From IMG/VR virus record IMGVR_UViG_2687453321_000002, positions 1-64,000 of that record: a DNA stretch of 64,000 nt, one strand, 5' to 3'. The DNA comes from a virus (taxonomy: Duplodnaviria > Caudoviricetes). Shown piece by piece: positions 8,895 through 18,132 of this stretch (position 1 is the first letter of the stretch; the number at the start of each line of letters is the position of its first letter). The notes beneath the pieces were generated by a model. The model was not told the origin of the DNA and did not search any database. It was given only the letters and a program-made list of their open reading frames with translations. Both the position numbers and the translations under genes were made by a program.

Positions 8895-9331
8895 CGCTGT
8901 CAGCGTTACAAAGTTAATACAGTCGAGGCGTATATGGCATCAAGTTGGATAAAAGTCGAAGTAATTACTCCAGATAAGCCGGAGGTATACCAGCTTGCTG
9001 AATTGTTGGAATTAGACCCTGATGCGGTACTCGGTAAGCTGATCCGCCTGTGGTCTTGGGCAGATCAACAAACAATTGACGGTAACGCAGATTGTAACGC
9101 TGTGAGCGTTACTAAAAGTGCGATAGATCGGATCACTTTTGTGAGAGGTTTCGCCGAAGCAATGCTGAAAGTTGGATGGTTGGCTCTGGATGGCGAAAAG
9201 TTGGTTTTTCCAAACTTCGAGCGGCATAACGGGAATTCCACTAAAAAACGGGCACTTACAAATAGGCGCGTTGCAAATTTACGCGATTCGCAACGCAGTG
9301 AAGCACCAAACAGTAACGCTCACAGCGTTAC
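8891..9331. repeat. Palindromic iterons GTAACGCT-N3-AGCGTTAC (probable origin)
   Basis: Copies at 8891-8909, 9094-9112, 9313-9331 plus half-site 9082-9088, in and before the replication gene. Confidence 0.7.
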
Positions 9332-9869
9332 AAAAAAGGCACAAAAGGGGTTACCAGATGAAGATGAAGAGGAAGAAGAAGATATAAAAGATCCCCCCTT
9401 ACCCCCCAAGGGGAACGGGGAGGGGCAATTTGATTTTAATTCGATTGAACTACCCGAATGGCTATCGCCTGAAATATGGCGTCAGTGGGGAGAGTTTTGC
9501 ATCGAACTGGGGAAACCGGTGAAAACAAAACGTGCGGCAATGGCGAACATTAAGCGGCTGGAGGAGTTTCGGCAGCAGGGGCATTCACCCGACTCGGTGA
9601 TTCTGCACTGTATCGCGAACGACTGGAAAACGTTATCACCACCGCTTGTTTCGCATCCGGTATCAAATTTTATTGATTTCGATGGGGCGTTTAACCGGCT
9701 AATTACTTCTCGCAAGAAGCCTCAGAACAGGGCGGAAGAAATTGCCAAGGAAAAATACTCGAAAGCTGGATTGCGGATGGCGAAAGAATTCGAGTGCCGT
9801 AACGCATGGCGGGGCTATTTAAGCCTGGCATACAAAGAAACCGGCGAGCAGCCGTACGTGGGAGGTTAG
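8934..9869 (+). CDS. Replication initiator (O-like replisome organiser)
   Basis: MASSWIKVEVITPDKPEV N-terminus; DEDEEEEE.DPPLPP linker; internal iterons. Confidence 0.8.
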   Translation: MASSWIKVEVITPDKPEVYQLAELLELDPDAVLGKLIRLWSWADQQTIDGNADCNAVSVTKSAIDRITFVRGFAEAMLKVGWLALDGEKLVFPNFERHNGNSTKKRALTNRRVANLRDSQRSEAPNSNAHSVTKKAQKGLPDEDEEEEEDIKDPPLPPKGNGEGQFDFNSIELPEWLSPEIWRQWGEFCIELGKPVKTKRAAMANIKRLEEFRQQGHSPDSVILHCIANDWKTLSPPLVSHPVSNFIDFDGAFNRLITSRKKPQNRAEEIAKEKYSKAGLRMAKEFECRNAWRGYLSLAYKETGEQPYVGG

Positions 9870-10268
9870 ATGGAAACAAATACTATTAATCGGCTAGTGA
9901 CGTGTGATTACTGCGGGAAGCCTGCCGCGCTGGTGAGGGGCTTTGTTATTTACCCGCACCGCAAGGATTTGGCGAATGGGTATTACTGGTCATGTGATCC
10001 ATGTGGAGCTTATGTCGGCTGCCATCGAGACAGTAACGCAATGCCACTTGGCCGATTGGCGAATGCCCAGCTACGCGCCGCCAAGCGGCTTGCACACGCT
10101 GCCTTCGATCCCTTGTGGATAGAGTTCGGGATGAAGCGGGCGGACGCGTACCAATGGCTGGCCGAACAACTCGGCATTCCTGGGGCTGAGTGCCACATCG
10201 GCATGTTCGATGTTGATATGTGCCGTCGTGTGCAACGCGTGGCGACGGAATACAAGAATTCCCTGTAA
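9870..10268 (+). CDS. DUF3268 zinc-finger protein
   Basis: CDYC..CDPCGAYVGCH..GRLAN..CHIGMFD. Confidence 0.8.
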   Translation: METNTINRLVTCDYCGKPAALVRGFVIYPHRKDLANGYYWSCDPCGAYVGCHRDSNAMPLGRLANAQLRAAKRLAHAAFDPLWIEFGMKRADAYQWLAEQLGIPGAECHIGMFDVDMCRRVQRVATEYKNSL

Positions 10269-10282
10269 GCGAGGTATGACCA

Positions 10283-10708
10283 ATGGCAGTAGAAATTAAC
10301 AAATTAATCAACGAGCGTCGTATTGGTGTCGATGATGGGTGTGATTACGGTGCGGTAATCATCGATAACCTGAATGCTGCGGCACGAGCAAGGACGAGAG
10401 CGTGCTATCAACCGCCGGTAAGGGCTCCGTTTGTCAGTCGGCCTCAAGGCGATGACAGCCCTGTGGTGAAGATTGGCAACCGCAATGTATACGGGCGCAA
10501 AGTCATCACCGGGATTTATCAGCTCCATCTTTCTGGCCGCACTCCGGTTCAAATCGCCCGACTGCTGAAGATGCCGTTACACCGGGTAGAGCATCTACTC
10601 CGACGGGGAACCAGCGTCCGCCGCGAAATTTTCCGGAATGTGTCAACCCAGCCGTTGCCGACAGAGGCTGAAATTATGCGCTGCCTGGCGGCAGAGTCGA
10701 AGGCGTGA
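10283..10708 (+). CDS. Hypothetical DNA-binding protein
   Basis: Starts at an exact barcode copy; HTH-like GRTPVQIARLLKMP. Confidence 0.6.
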   Translation: MAVEINKLINERRIGVDDGCDYGAVIIDNLNAAARARTRACYQPPVRAPFVSRPQGDDSPVVKIGNRNVYGRKVITGIYQLHLSGRTPVQIARLLKMPLHRVEHLLRRGTSVRREIFRNVSTQPLPTEAEIMRCLAAESKA

Positions 10709-10715
10709 GGTGAGC

Positions 10716-12338
10716 ATGAGCGAATTAATTTTAACTGAGGAGTTTTTTGCTCCAGCGGCCACCGATCTCGTTGATGGATTATTGGGGCAGTACAAGCATC
10801 TGCGCGCTGATATTGAGCAGATGGCGGGCGTGATAAGCACGCATCATGCATCGGTGCATCATTTCCTGGAGGGGAATCAGAACCAAGACCGACGCCATTA
10901 TATCGGGAGTGTCGACCAACTTTTTAAACTCGAAGGGGCCATTGCGAGCCTGAACTCTACGTTTTGGCAAAAAGCTCTAAATATGACCGACGTGTACGAG
11001 TACATGCCGAATAATCGCCGTACTGAGTGGAATGATCAGATCCGGGAAATGAAAACCCCAGATTTCGAAGAGGAAACAGTACGCCCCACAATTATGGAGT
11101 TGCTCAACTCGCGGCAGAAGTTTTTCTCTGAGCGCGTGGATGGCATTTTCCGTGCTCTTTCCGGCGATCATGTTACTAACAGACCGGAGGGTTTCGGTAA
11201 ACGCATGATCCTCGCGCGCGTGTTCAACGAGTACGGATGGACCAATCACGATGTGAGTGGTTTTATCCAGGATCTCCGGCAGGTCATTGCTAAATTTATG
11301 GGCCGTGATGAACCCCGTTGGCGTGTAACCGATGACGCGCTCCAGGAGGCCCGTATCCGTCACGGTGAATGGCTGACGATGGACGGTGGCGCATTGCGTG
11401 TCCGGGCCTATCTGAAAGGAACTGCGCACCTCGAAGTTCACCCCGAAATGGCCTGGCGGCTAAATTGCATTCTGGCGCACCTGTATCCGATGGCAATTCC
11501 GCCTCAGTTCCGCCAGAAACCGAAAAAGAAACTCAAAGATTTCATTTTGATGGACAAGCCGCTACCGTTCGCCGTTCTGGCGGTGCTTTCGGGTTTGAAA
11601 GCTGAGTATCACACCCCGATACGACGCAACAAATGGGATGATCCTACACCACCACTGACAACCAATCCGTTTAATCGCAGATTCGATTGGCGTGATGAAG
11701 ATAAGGCAATCCGCGGACAAGCAGGCAAGGTGTTGGAAATGATCGGCGGCATACTTATCAAAGCCGGCCCTCATAAAAATATCAACATCTGGGAGTTCGA
11801 TTACGACCCATCCCGAGTGCTGGGTGAGATCGTTGCATCTGGCTGTATTCCAGACTATCAGTCGCACCAGTTCTACCCAACCCCGGAATCACTGGCCGAA
11901 AGGGTTGTATGTGAGGCCGAAATACAACCTGGCGAAAAATGCCTGGAGCCGAGTGCTGGCACTGGAAACATTGCGATATTGATGCCGGCAGATCAAACCT
12001 GTTGCGTGGAAATATCGACCCTACATTGTCGGGTGCTGGAAGCCAAAGGATTAACCGTTGAACAGGCGGATTTTATCAAATGGGCGCAGAGCACCAACAA
12101 GCGCTTCGACAAGGTGGTTATGAATCCTCCCTTCAGCGAGGGGCGTGCCAAAGCACATGTGGAAAGTGCTGCCTCATTGGTAAATCGAGGAGGGCGTTTG
12201 GTGGCGATATTGCCCCTGGGTATGAAAGGCAAAGAAATATTACCCGGTTGGAAAGTGAGCTGGTCAGAAGAGATCAGCAACGAATTCGCGGGAACAAGCA
12301 TTTCAGTAGTTATTTTGACAGCAGAAAGAGAGGTATGA
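10716..12338 (+). CDS. DUF4942-domain DNA methyltransferase
   Basis: QFYPTP, LEPSAGTG (SAM motif I), VMNPPF (motif IV, amino-MTase). Confidence 0.85.
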   Translation: MSELILTEEFFAPAATDLVDGLLGQYKHLRADIEQMAGVISTHHASVHHFLEGNQNQDRRHYIGSVDQLFKLEGAIASLNSTFWQKALNMTDVYEYMPNNRRTEWNDQIREMKTPDFEEETVRPTIMELLNSRQKFFSERVDGIFRALSGDHVTNRPEGFGKRMILARVFNEYGWTNHDVSGFIQDLRQVIAKFMGRDEPRWRVTDDALQEARIRHGEWLTMDGGALRVRAYLKGTAHLEVHPEMAWRLNCILAHLYPMAIPPQFRQKPKKKLKDFILMDKPLPFAVLAVLSGLKAEYHTPIRRNKWDDPTPPLTTNPFNRRFDWRDEDKAIRGQAGKVLEMIGGILIKAGPHKNINIWEFDYDPSRVLGEIVASGCIPDYQSHQFYPTPESLAERVVCEAEIQPGEKCLEPSAGTGNIAILMPADQTCCVEISTLHCRVLEAKGLTVEQADFIKWAQSTNKRFDKVVMNPPFSEGRAKAHVESAASLVNRGGRLVAILPLGMKGKEILPGWKVSWSEEISNEFAGTSISVVILTAEREV

Positions 12339-12342
12339 CCAA

Positions 12343-13191
12343 ATGGCAAACTCATTTAACAAAATGATTGACGAGAAAGTAATTAAGCGTGGAAAAACAA
12401 GCCTGCTTATACGTCTTGATGATATTCATATCAAAGAGGGTTTTAATCGTCGTGTTGACAATGAGCGTTATCGTGAAGCTAATGAGAAGCTTTACCAATA
12501 TATGCTCATGGGTGGGAAAATCCCCAACCTTGAGGTTGTTCCTCGCGATGAAGGTGGTGTGTGGGTTGTTGAGGGGCACCGCAGGACATTAACTTGTCAT
12601 CGTCTTCGTGATGAAGCAGGTAAGCCTGTTGAATGGATAAAAATAGAGCCGTTCGAAGGTAACGATGTAGACCGTATCGCACGCATTAGAACCAGTAATG
12701 AGCAATTGCCGCTTACTGATTACGAAGAGGCACTATTGGTCAGGGATTTGCAAAATCTCAATTTGCACGCTGACAAAATCGCCGAGGTCTTACATATTCC
12801 CCGCTATAAAGTCGACAATGCCCTAGTGCTGCTCTCCGCCAATTATGACGTACACCAATTGGTAGAAGAAGGTGAAGTTGATATCCCACTGGCGGTACAG
12901 CGTATAAAAAAACATGGCGAAAAGGCTGGGCAAGTTTTGCAGAACGATGCCGAAAAAGCCAAGCAAAAGGGGAAACAAAAAGCCACCAAGTCAACAGCAA
13001 TCCCACAATTCAGCGCCACCCGCGCCCGCCGGCTCTGTGAGCTGCTCTACGATGCTGCCCCGATGGTTCGTGAAGAGGGGGATGTTCTGCTGCTCCTTCC
13101 AGGGACAAGAGAAGAAATTAACACCATCCTCAACGAGTACCGGCAGCAGCATCCGCAAGTATTCGATGAAGAAGAGCGCGGAGGTGCGTGA
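12343..13191 (+). CDS. ParB-like N-terminal domain DNA-binding protein
   Basis: GFNRR..VVEGHRR ParB/Srx motif followed by HTH. Confidence 0.7.
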   Translation: MANSFNKMIDEKVIKRGKTSLLIRLDDIHIKEGFNRRVDNERYREANEKLYQYMLMGGKIPNLEVVPRDEGGVWVVEGHRRTLTCHRLRDEAGKPVEWIKIEPFEGNDVDRIARIRTSNEQLPLTDYEEALLVRDLQNLNLHADKIAEVLHIPRYKVDNALVLLSANYDVHQLVEEGEVDIPLAVQRIKKHGEKAGQVLQNDAEKAKQKGKQKATKSTAIPQFSATRARRLCELLYDAAPMVREEGDVLLLLPGTREEINTILNEYRQQHPQVFDEEERGGA

Positions 13192-13757
13192 TGCCAGCAA
13201 ATGAACGGAATCTGTATCCCAACATAAAGCGAGTAGTTTGGAGTGATTGGGCCGAAGGGAAGGTTCGGCAGCAGCGCTGGCACCCGATGCGAGTGGCAAT
13301 GCTGTTTCGCCTCGGCCCTGTCATGCCAACGCCCACTATCGCAAAAATGTTCGGAGTTTCACCGCGGGTCGTTAGGAGTAAGGCTGAAAGCCTTGGGATC
13401 AGGCTGTACCGATGCTTTCGGAACTACGCCGATTGGGAAATAAAGTTCATGAAAGATAATCGGCAAAAGCTAACGCAGAATGAAATCGCACTGCATTTGG
13501 GCAGGACAGAAGAAGCTGTTTGCACAGCAATGCGCAAGCGCGGGTTTGGCCCAGGAAAGCCGCGCGGCGAACGCCACCCTCATCACAAACACAGCGACTA
13601 TGACGTTGAGCTATGCCGTAAGTTGTCAGACGAAGGTTTGAACGCGACTGAAATCGCCGAAAAGATGGATATTGATCTCAGCACCGTTTTTCGGTGGATT
13701 AACTTCCTCAGCCGCACCAACATAGAACTTGAAGACTACGGGAGAGCGAGAGCATGA
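13188..13757 (+). CDS. Multi-HTH DNA-binding protein
   Basis: Repeated HTH-like segments (IAKMFGVS, IALHLGRT, IAEKMDID). Confidence 0.6.
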   Translation: MMPANERNLYPNIKRVVWSDWAEGKVRQQRWHPMRVAMLFRLGPVMPTPTIAKMFGVSPRVVRSKAESLGIRLYRCFRNYADWEIKFMKDNRQKLTQNEIALHLGRTEEAVCTAMRKRGFGPGKPRGERHPHHKHSDYDVELCRKLSDEGLNATEIAEKMDIDLSTVFRWINFLSRTNIELEDYGRARA

Positions 13758-13930
13758 CTATAGCCAAAGCGCCGGGGTACGCCATGCCTCCACTTAACTT
13801 TTCACCTCGCCTGGTGCGGGGCGTCAATTTGACGACAGAGCGCGATATGTGGCAGAGCGAAAAGCATTATCGCTTTCGTTCGGGCAAATACTACGGCCGG
13901 GTCCGGTATGTGGAGTTGAATCATGGATAA
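13754..13930 (+). CDS. Small protein (58 aa), homolog of 49919-50065
   Basis: NFSPRLVRGVNLTTERDMWQSEKHYRFRSGKYYGRVRY nearly identical to the prophage 2 ORF; below the ORF-track cutoff. Confidence 0.75.
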   Translation: MTIAKAPGYAMPPLNFSPRLVRGVNLTTERDMWQSEKHYRFRSGKYYGRVRYVELNHG

Positions 13931-14399
13931 TCTGAGTAAGCCGGTGGCGTACATTGCAGATTGTGGAACGATTGTCAGCGAAAGCGATCCGTTCTTTGAT
14001 GATTACAAGAATCCGCAACCGCTATATACGGCCCCTCCTGAGCCAGCATACCCGGAAAGGTTGCCGTGCCCCGTGCATCTGCTGCCGGGGTTAAAGTTTG
14101 GCAAGGGGGTTCCAACGCGCAGCATGCTTGATGCTCTTGTTCGCCGGGCAGAGTATGAGTCCGAGCTTGAAGCTATGACACCAGAGCAAAGGGCTGAAAA
14201 CGATGCACGGTTAGAAAAGCTGAAAGCGTTGATTCCCCAGCCGTCACTGCCAGCAATGCCGGGGATTATTACAGCGTCAATGGCAGCAGAAAAAGCATTC
14301 CGGCTTGGTGCTGTTCTAAATAGCGCCGAAGCTGAGCAATTCGCTGAAGGCTGGAACGCCTGCCGCGCTGCAACGCTAGATGAACCACAGGGTATTTAA
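13923..14399 (+). CDS. Ea/Ead-like modular phage protein
   Basis: KPVAY, PLYTAP and GWNACRAA motifs. Confidence 0.65.
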   Translation: MDNLSKPVAYIADCGTIVSESDPFFDDYKNPQPLYTAPPEPAYPERLPCPVHLLPGLKFGKGVPTRSMLDALVRRAEYESELEAMTPEQRAENDARLEKLKALIPQPSLPAMPGIITASMAAEKAFRLGAVLNSAEAEQFAEGWNACRAATLDEPQGI

Positions 14400-14401
14400 T
14401 A

Positions 14402-14500
14402 ATGGACTGGTTTACGCTGGGTATTATTTGTGTGTTGGCGTTGTTCTGTGGTGGGGTGTTGCTGTTCGCCTGGTTGATGCTGAAGGTGATTTCTGACTGA
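14402..14500 (+). CDS. Small single-TM protein (32 aa)
   Basis: MDWFTLGIICVLALFCGGVLLFAWLMLKVISD. Confidence 0.45.
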   Translation: MDWFTLGIICVLALFCGGVLLFAWLMLKVISD

Positions 14501-14759
14501 TGAGCTGAGCTTTTCATCCTCCCCATGAATAGTTATGTCCCAAACCCGCAAATATGCGGGTTTTTTGTTATAAATCAGACGAGTATAACAATAAACCATA
14601 GTTACTATGTGCTGTCGATCGGTTTGAACGATCGAAGTGCCAGTATTGATCTATGTGGCCTATTAGACAAAGCCGGCCCAGCGGCTTTACTGAAACATGT
14701 GAGTCCGTATATCCATGGTGTTTCGCCTCGACATTGATTCTAACTTATTGAGGTGAAAT

Positions 14760-14969
14760 ATGATTTCTGAATGCCCGTTGTTTGATGTGCTTCGTGGTAG
14801 TTGCAGATTTTGTGTTGAGGCTGTTGTGGCCGAGGGCGTTATCATCAGGGAGATTGATACGGGGAGATGCTTCACGTTAAGTCCTGATGTGTCGCTGCTC
14901 TCGCGAGCTGACCTCTGCGAGATTGCTGCGCAGGCGGGGTTAAATCTGGGTCTACATCAGGTCAAATGA
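14760..14969 (+). CDS. Hypothetical protein
   Basis: SD GAGGT; 69-aa ORF. Confidence 0.45.
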   Translation: MISECPLFDVLRGSCRFCVEAVVAEGVIIREIDTGRCFTLSPDVSLLSRADLCEIAAQAGLNLGLHQVK

Positions 14970-15034
14970 TGTTATAATTAATCATCCAGTCTGAACAACT
15001 GGAACCTGAGCACTGCGCTATACCGGAGACGATA

Positions 15035-15634
15035 ATGGCGCAGTTAATACAGTTAGTTAAGTCCGCACCGACTATCCTGACCCCGGCGACGATCGAGGCC
15101 AGTGATTTTGTACAGCGTGTGAAACTCGGTGAATGGATACAGGCTGAGTTTCGCCGTGTCCGTAACTACCAATACCACAAGCGTTTTTTCAAACTTCTGC
15201 AATTTGGTTTCGACTACTGGACACCAACCGGTGGCGCGTTGACGCTCCCTGAGCGCGAGCTTATCGATGGCTTCGTTGGGTATCTCGTTGAGATGTCAGG
15301 CCAGCAGCATGGCGAGGTTATGACTGCCGTTGCCGATGAATACTTGCTTAAGGTCGGCCAGCTTCGCACCCAAGAAATCGCGCTACTCAAATCATTTGAG
15401 CCATATCGGGCCTGGGCAACCGTCGAGGCAGGTTACTACTATGAGGTAGTGCTCCCCAATGGGCTACGCCAGCGCATTCCCCAATCAATATCATTTTCAA
15501 AAATGGATGAGGATACATTCCAGAGCCTTTATAAAGCGGTGTTCAATGTGCTGTGGAATTTCATTTTATTCAGGAAATTTAATTCACAGCGAGAAGCAGA
15601 AAACGTCGCAATGCAGTTACTGGAGTTCGCATGA
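15035..15634 (+). CDS. DUF1367 family protein
   Basis: RVRNYQYHKRFFKLLQFGFDYWTPTGG; SISFSKMDE. Confidence 0.85.
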   Translation: MAQLIQLVKSAPTILTPATIEASDFVQRVKLGEWIQAEFRRVRNYQYHKRFFKLLQFGFDYWTPTGGALTLPERELIDGFVGYLVEMSGQQHGEVMTAVADEYLLKVGQLRTQEIALLKSFEPYRAWATVEAGYYYEVVLPNGLRQRIPQSISFSKMDEDTFQSLYKAVFNVLWNFILFRKFNSQREAENVAMQLLEFA

Positions 15635-15927
15635 GAAAGGAAGATCGCGAACATCTCCAGCGTGTAGCAGAACTCGGCTGTGTCGTTTGCCGTAATCTCG
15701 GATATGGCAGTTCGCCGGCAGAAATACATCATTTGAGAAAAGGGTGCGGGATCGGGCAGCGCTCTTCACACAAGCGAGCCATTCCGTTATGCCCTCCGCA
15801 CCATCGTACCGGTGGCTATGGTGTCGCTATTCATGCTGGGCAAAAAAAATGGGAAGACATTTATGGCACAGAAGAGAGCTTATTAGCGCAAATTGAATCC
15901 GAATTACGCGGGGAGTTTTTTGCATGA
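15631..15927 (+). CDS. Ref-like HNH nuclease
   Basis: LGCVVC..AEIHH..IPLCPPHHR. Confidence 0.75.
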   Translation: MRKEDREHLQRVAELGCVVCRNLGYGSSPAEIHHLRKGCGIGQRSSHKRAIPLCPPHHRTGGYGVAIHAGQKKWEDIYGTEESLLAQIESELRGEFFA

Positions 15928-16613
15928 ATGCACAGCAGCTGGAATTTATACGCTTAGAGTTAACCCGTGCCTTATTGGATGATTCAGGGGGTACTAAAGG
16001 ACAACTAGAGGCATTTAGCGAGCATCCTCCTGCTGATAACAAAAGTTACCCTCGACAACACATCCATAAAGTTGAGCTGGAGGGCGAGCGTTGGGTTAAT
16101 ACCGATAACTCCGCCGTATATGTGTTGGAAACACGTAGCCGGCGACGTCCTATGCCGCCGATGAAAGAGCATACATTTGCAACCTGCTCCTGGCGGCGAG
16201 CGGTTATGATGCTGGATGAATACCAGCAGGCGTGGGTCAGGTATTGTTACGGGTATGACCTGAGTTTCAGATACCAAATTGCGATATGTGAATATATTTG
16301 GAAGGGTTATGAAGCTGAGCTTGCAGATAAGAATATCCAGCGCCGAGTGAAAAATAAACTGGTGTCATTGGTTTGGCTTGCTGTCCAGGATGTAACCGCA
16401 AAAAACAGCAACGAGTCATATCGGGAATATGCCGGTTCGGCATTGGCTAACCTTATGAGCATCACTCGACAGACATGGGGTGAGTGTTACGCCAGGCATT
16501 GGCATGAATTAAAGGAGAGGGCAATGGCGTTAGATCTTACAGCGCTGCAAGCGACTCTAATCCGCCATGAGCAGGTTAATACACAGCGGATATTGCAAAA
16601 CCTGACAGAATAG
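15924..16613 (+). CDS. Q: Late antiterminator Q (phage 82-like)
   Basis: SGGTKGQLEAF, ETRSRRRP, SWRRAV motifs; precedes pR'. Confidence 0.85.
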   Translation: MNAQQLEFIRLELTRALLDDSGGTKGQLEAFSEHPPADNKSYPRQHIHKVELEGERWVNTDNSAVYVLETRSRRRPMPPMKEHTFATCSWRRAVMMLDEYQQAWVRYCYGYDLSFRYQIAICEYIWKGYEAELADKNIQRRVKNKLVSLVWLAVQDVTAKNSNESYREYAGSALANLMSITRQTWGECYARHWHELKERAMALDLTALQATLIRHEQVNTQRILQNLTE

Positions 16614-16679
16614 GCTAAATTTAAGTTCAATTTGATATTTTGCCGAAATTATAAAAACCCGCCACTAGAGCGGGTTTTT
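16593..16679 (+). promoter_or_regulatory. Late promoter pR' and terminator tR'
   Basis: TTGCAA-17-TAAATT; AAAAACCCGC-cactaga-GCGGGTTTTT. Confidence 0.65.
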
Positions 16680-16698
16680 GCATGTATGGTGCCTAAAA

Positions 16699-16974
16699 AT
16701 GTCGAAACGTATTACTGAGAGTCTCGTCTTCAGGCCGGCGAGTGAACTACCGACCGCCGACCTCGATGGTAGGAGTGTGCTGGTGCTCAATCCCTGTGAT
16801 GGGTGGCACGAGGGGCATATACGGGTATTCGAAGAAGACGGCGAGGTTTACCACATTGGGATTCACACCTGGCTGATGGAAGAAATGACCCCGCATGACT
16901 TCTACGTCGCCTGGGCTCTGTTGCCTGACGGTATCACGTTAAGCGCGAAGTTCGAGTCAGAGAAGCACCGTTGA
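16699..16974 (+). CDS. Hypothetical protein
   Basis: 91-aa ORF after tR'. Confidence 0.55.
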   Translation: MSKRITESLVFRPASELPTADLDGRSVLVLNPCDGWHEGHIRVFEEDGEVYHIGIHTWLMEEMTPHDFYVAWALLPDGITLSAKFESEKHR

Positions 16975-17036
16975 TATGTAAAGAAATATCAATGGGTCTT
17001 GTGTGGTTATGTTGACTGCATTAGTATTCGCGCCTC

Positions 17037-17113
17037 GGCCCTTTAGCTCAGTTGGTTAGAGCGCGCGACTCATAATCGCTCGGTCGCTGGTTCAAGCCCA
17101 GCAAGGGCCACCA
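17037..17113 (+). tRNA. tRNA-Ile2 (CAT anticodon, ileX-like)
   Basis: GGCCCTT..CT CAT AA..GGTTCAAG..AAGGGCC A CCA cloverleaf. Confidence 0.93.
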
Positions 17114-17115
17114 AA

Positions 17116-17190
17116 CCGCCATTAGCTCAGCAGGAAGAGCAACGACCATTAAGTTGTAGGTACGGGGTTCGAGGCCTCGATGGCGGACCA
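17116..17190 (+). tRNA. Atypical or pseudo-tRNA (6-nt anticodon loop CATTAA)
   Basis: Acceptor CCGCCAT/ATGGCGG, D and T arms and CCA intact; anticodon loop non-canonical. Confidence 0.6.
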
Positions 17191-17192
17191 AT

Positions 17193-17267
<75 letters not shown>

Positions 17268-17562
17268 AACAAAGCTTTTCAGCCTGCGATGAAGGGATAC
17301 CCGGAGTGGCTGGAAAGCGCCTCAGAAGTATGAGAAAAGCCCCCTTGATTTCCCATCAACATACCTGCCGGTTTGTTCATAGGGGGCCTCTCTGATACAT
17401 GCAGCTGCAAGAGCCCTGGCTAACCGCCGGGGCTTTTGCATTCTTGTGGATCAGATTTCAGCCGTTGGTGGTGATCCTCGGGCGACAATTGCCCTTCATA
17501 CATGTTGCTGCAGCCAGCGTTGAGGTAAAATCCTTTCACTGCAATGCCAGGGGAACATAGCC

Positions 17563-18132
17563 ATGAAAAACTTGCCTGATGATTATTTTCTGGATGCCGA
17601 CGATGAGCTGGTTGATTTTCTGGAGGCACAGGGTGAGGCGTGCATCAAGGATATTTACCAGTCGAACACGGTGAATAAAGAAAACGGGTACAAGCTGCTC
17701 AGTATTCTGATCGTTGGTATTGGTTCGTCTTTTTTGCTGCTTACGCAAAGACCGAATTTAGACTTTCTCAGCACTGGGCTTGCGGTATTTATCGTGTACT
17801 GGTCACTGTGCGCGATCTATCTGGTAACGCAGGTTCTAACTGTCCACATGCGTGGGTTGGTTTATGCGTCGCCAGATCAGCTTTACACCCAAAATTACAA
17901 GTCTATTAATCAAGAGCATTTTGATTATTTCAAAAGCACTGGATTTAGAGGTGAGTGTAATCGCCTATCGGTGATGAGGCGGTATAGGCTGCATTCTCTA
18001 TGCCTAACCGCCAATGAGTTAGCAAGCGACAACAAGAAAATAAGAAAAAGACTAACCTGGGCAAGGATGGCGACCATCATTACCCCGGTCTGCGCTCTCT
18101 TTATTTCTGCGCTTACTTACCTTTTTTCCTGA
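17563..18132 (+). CDS. Three-TM membrane protein (moron)
   Basis: Hydrophobic segments; lies between late leader and holin. Confidence 0.7.
   Translation: MKNLPDDYFLDADDELVDFLEAQGEACIKDIYQSNTVNKENGYKLLSILIVGIGSSFLLLTQRPNLDFLSTGLAVFIVYWSLCAIYLVTQVLTVHMRGLVYASPDQLYTQNYKSINQEHFDYFKSTGFRGECNRLSVMRRYRLHSLCLTANELASDNKKIRKRLTWARMATIITPVCALFISALTYLFS

Larger units (their letters stand above)
2512..12345. repeat. Dispersed 16-bp start-associated repeat CGAGGTATGACCAATG (6 exact copies + 3 variants)
   Basis: Exact: 2512-2527(-), 5538-5553(-), 6835-6850(-), 7105-7120(-), 8651-8666(+), 10270-10285(+). Variants: 5203-5218(-), 6491-6506(-), 12330-12345(+). Each ends on an ATG start codon. Confidence 0.95.

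Noticed and set aside
2512-12345. CRISPR array or integron attC interpretation of the 16-bp repeat
   Set aside because: Irregular spacing, both strands, not palindromic, always at start codons; no cas or intI genes
17116-17190. Ochre (TTA) suppressor tRNA
   Set aside because: Loop is 6 nt and lacks U33, so the anticodon register cannot be assigned
17268-17330. Theta/HDV-like or hammerhead ribozyme after tRNA-Gly
   Set aside because: I could not fit the nested pseudoknot or the CUGAUGA/GAAA core; kept only as an unknown structured element
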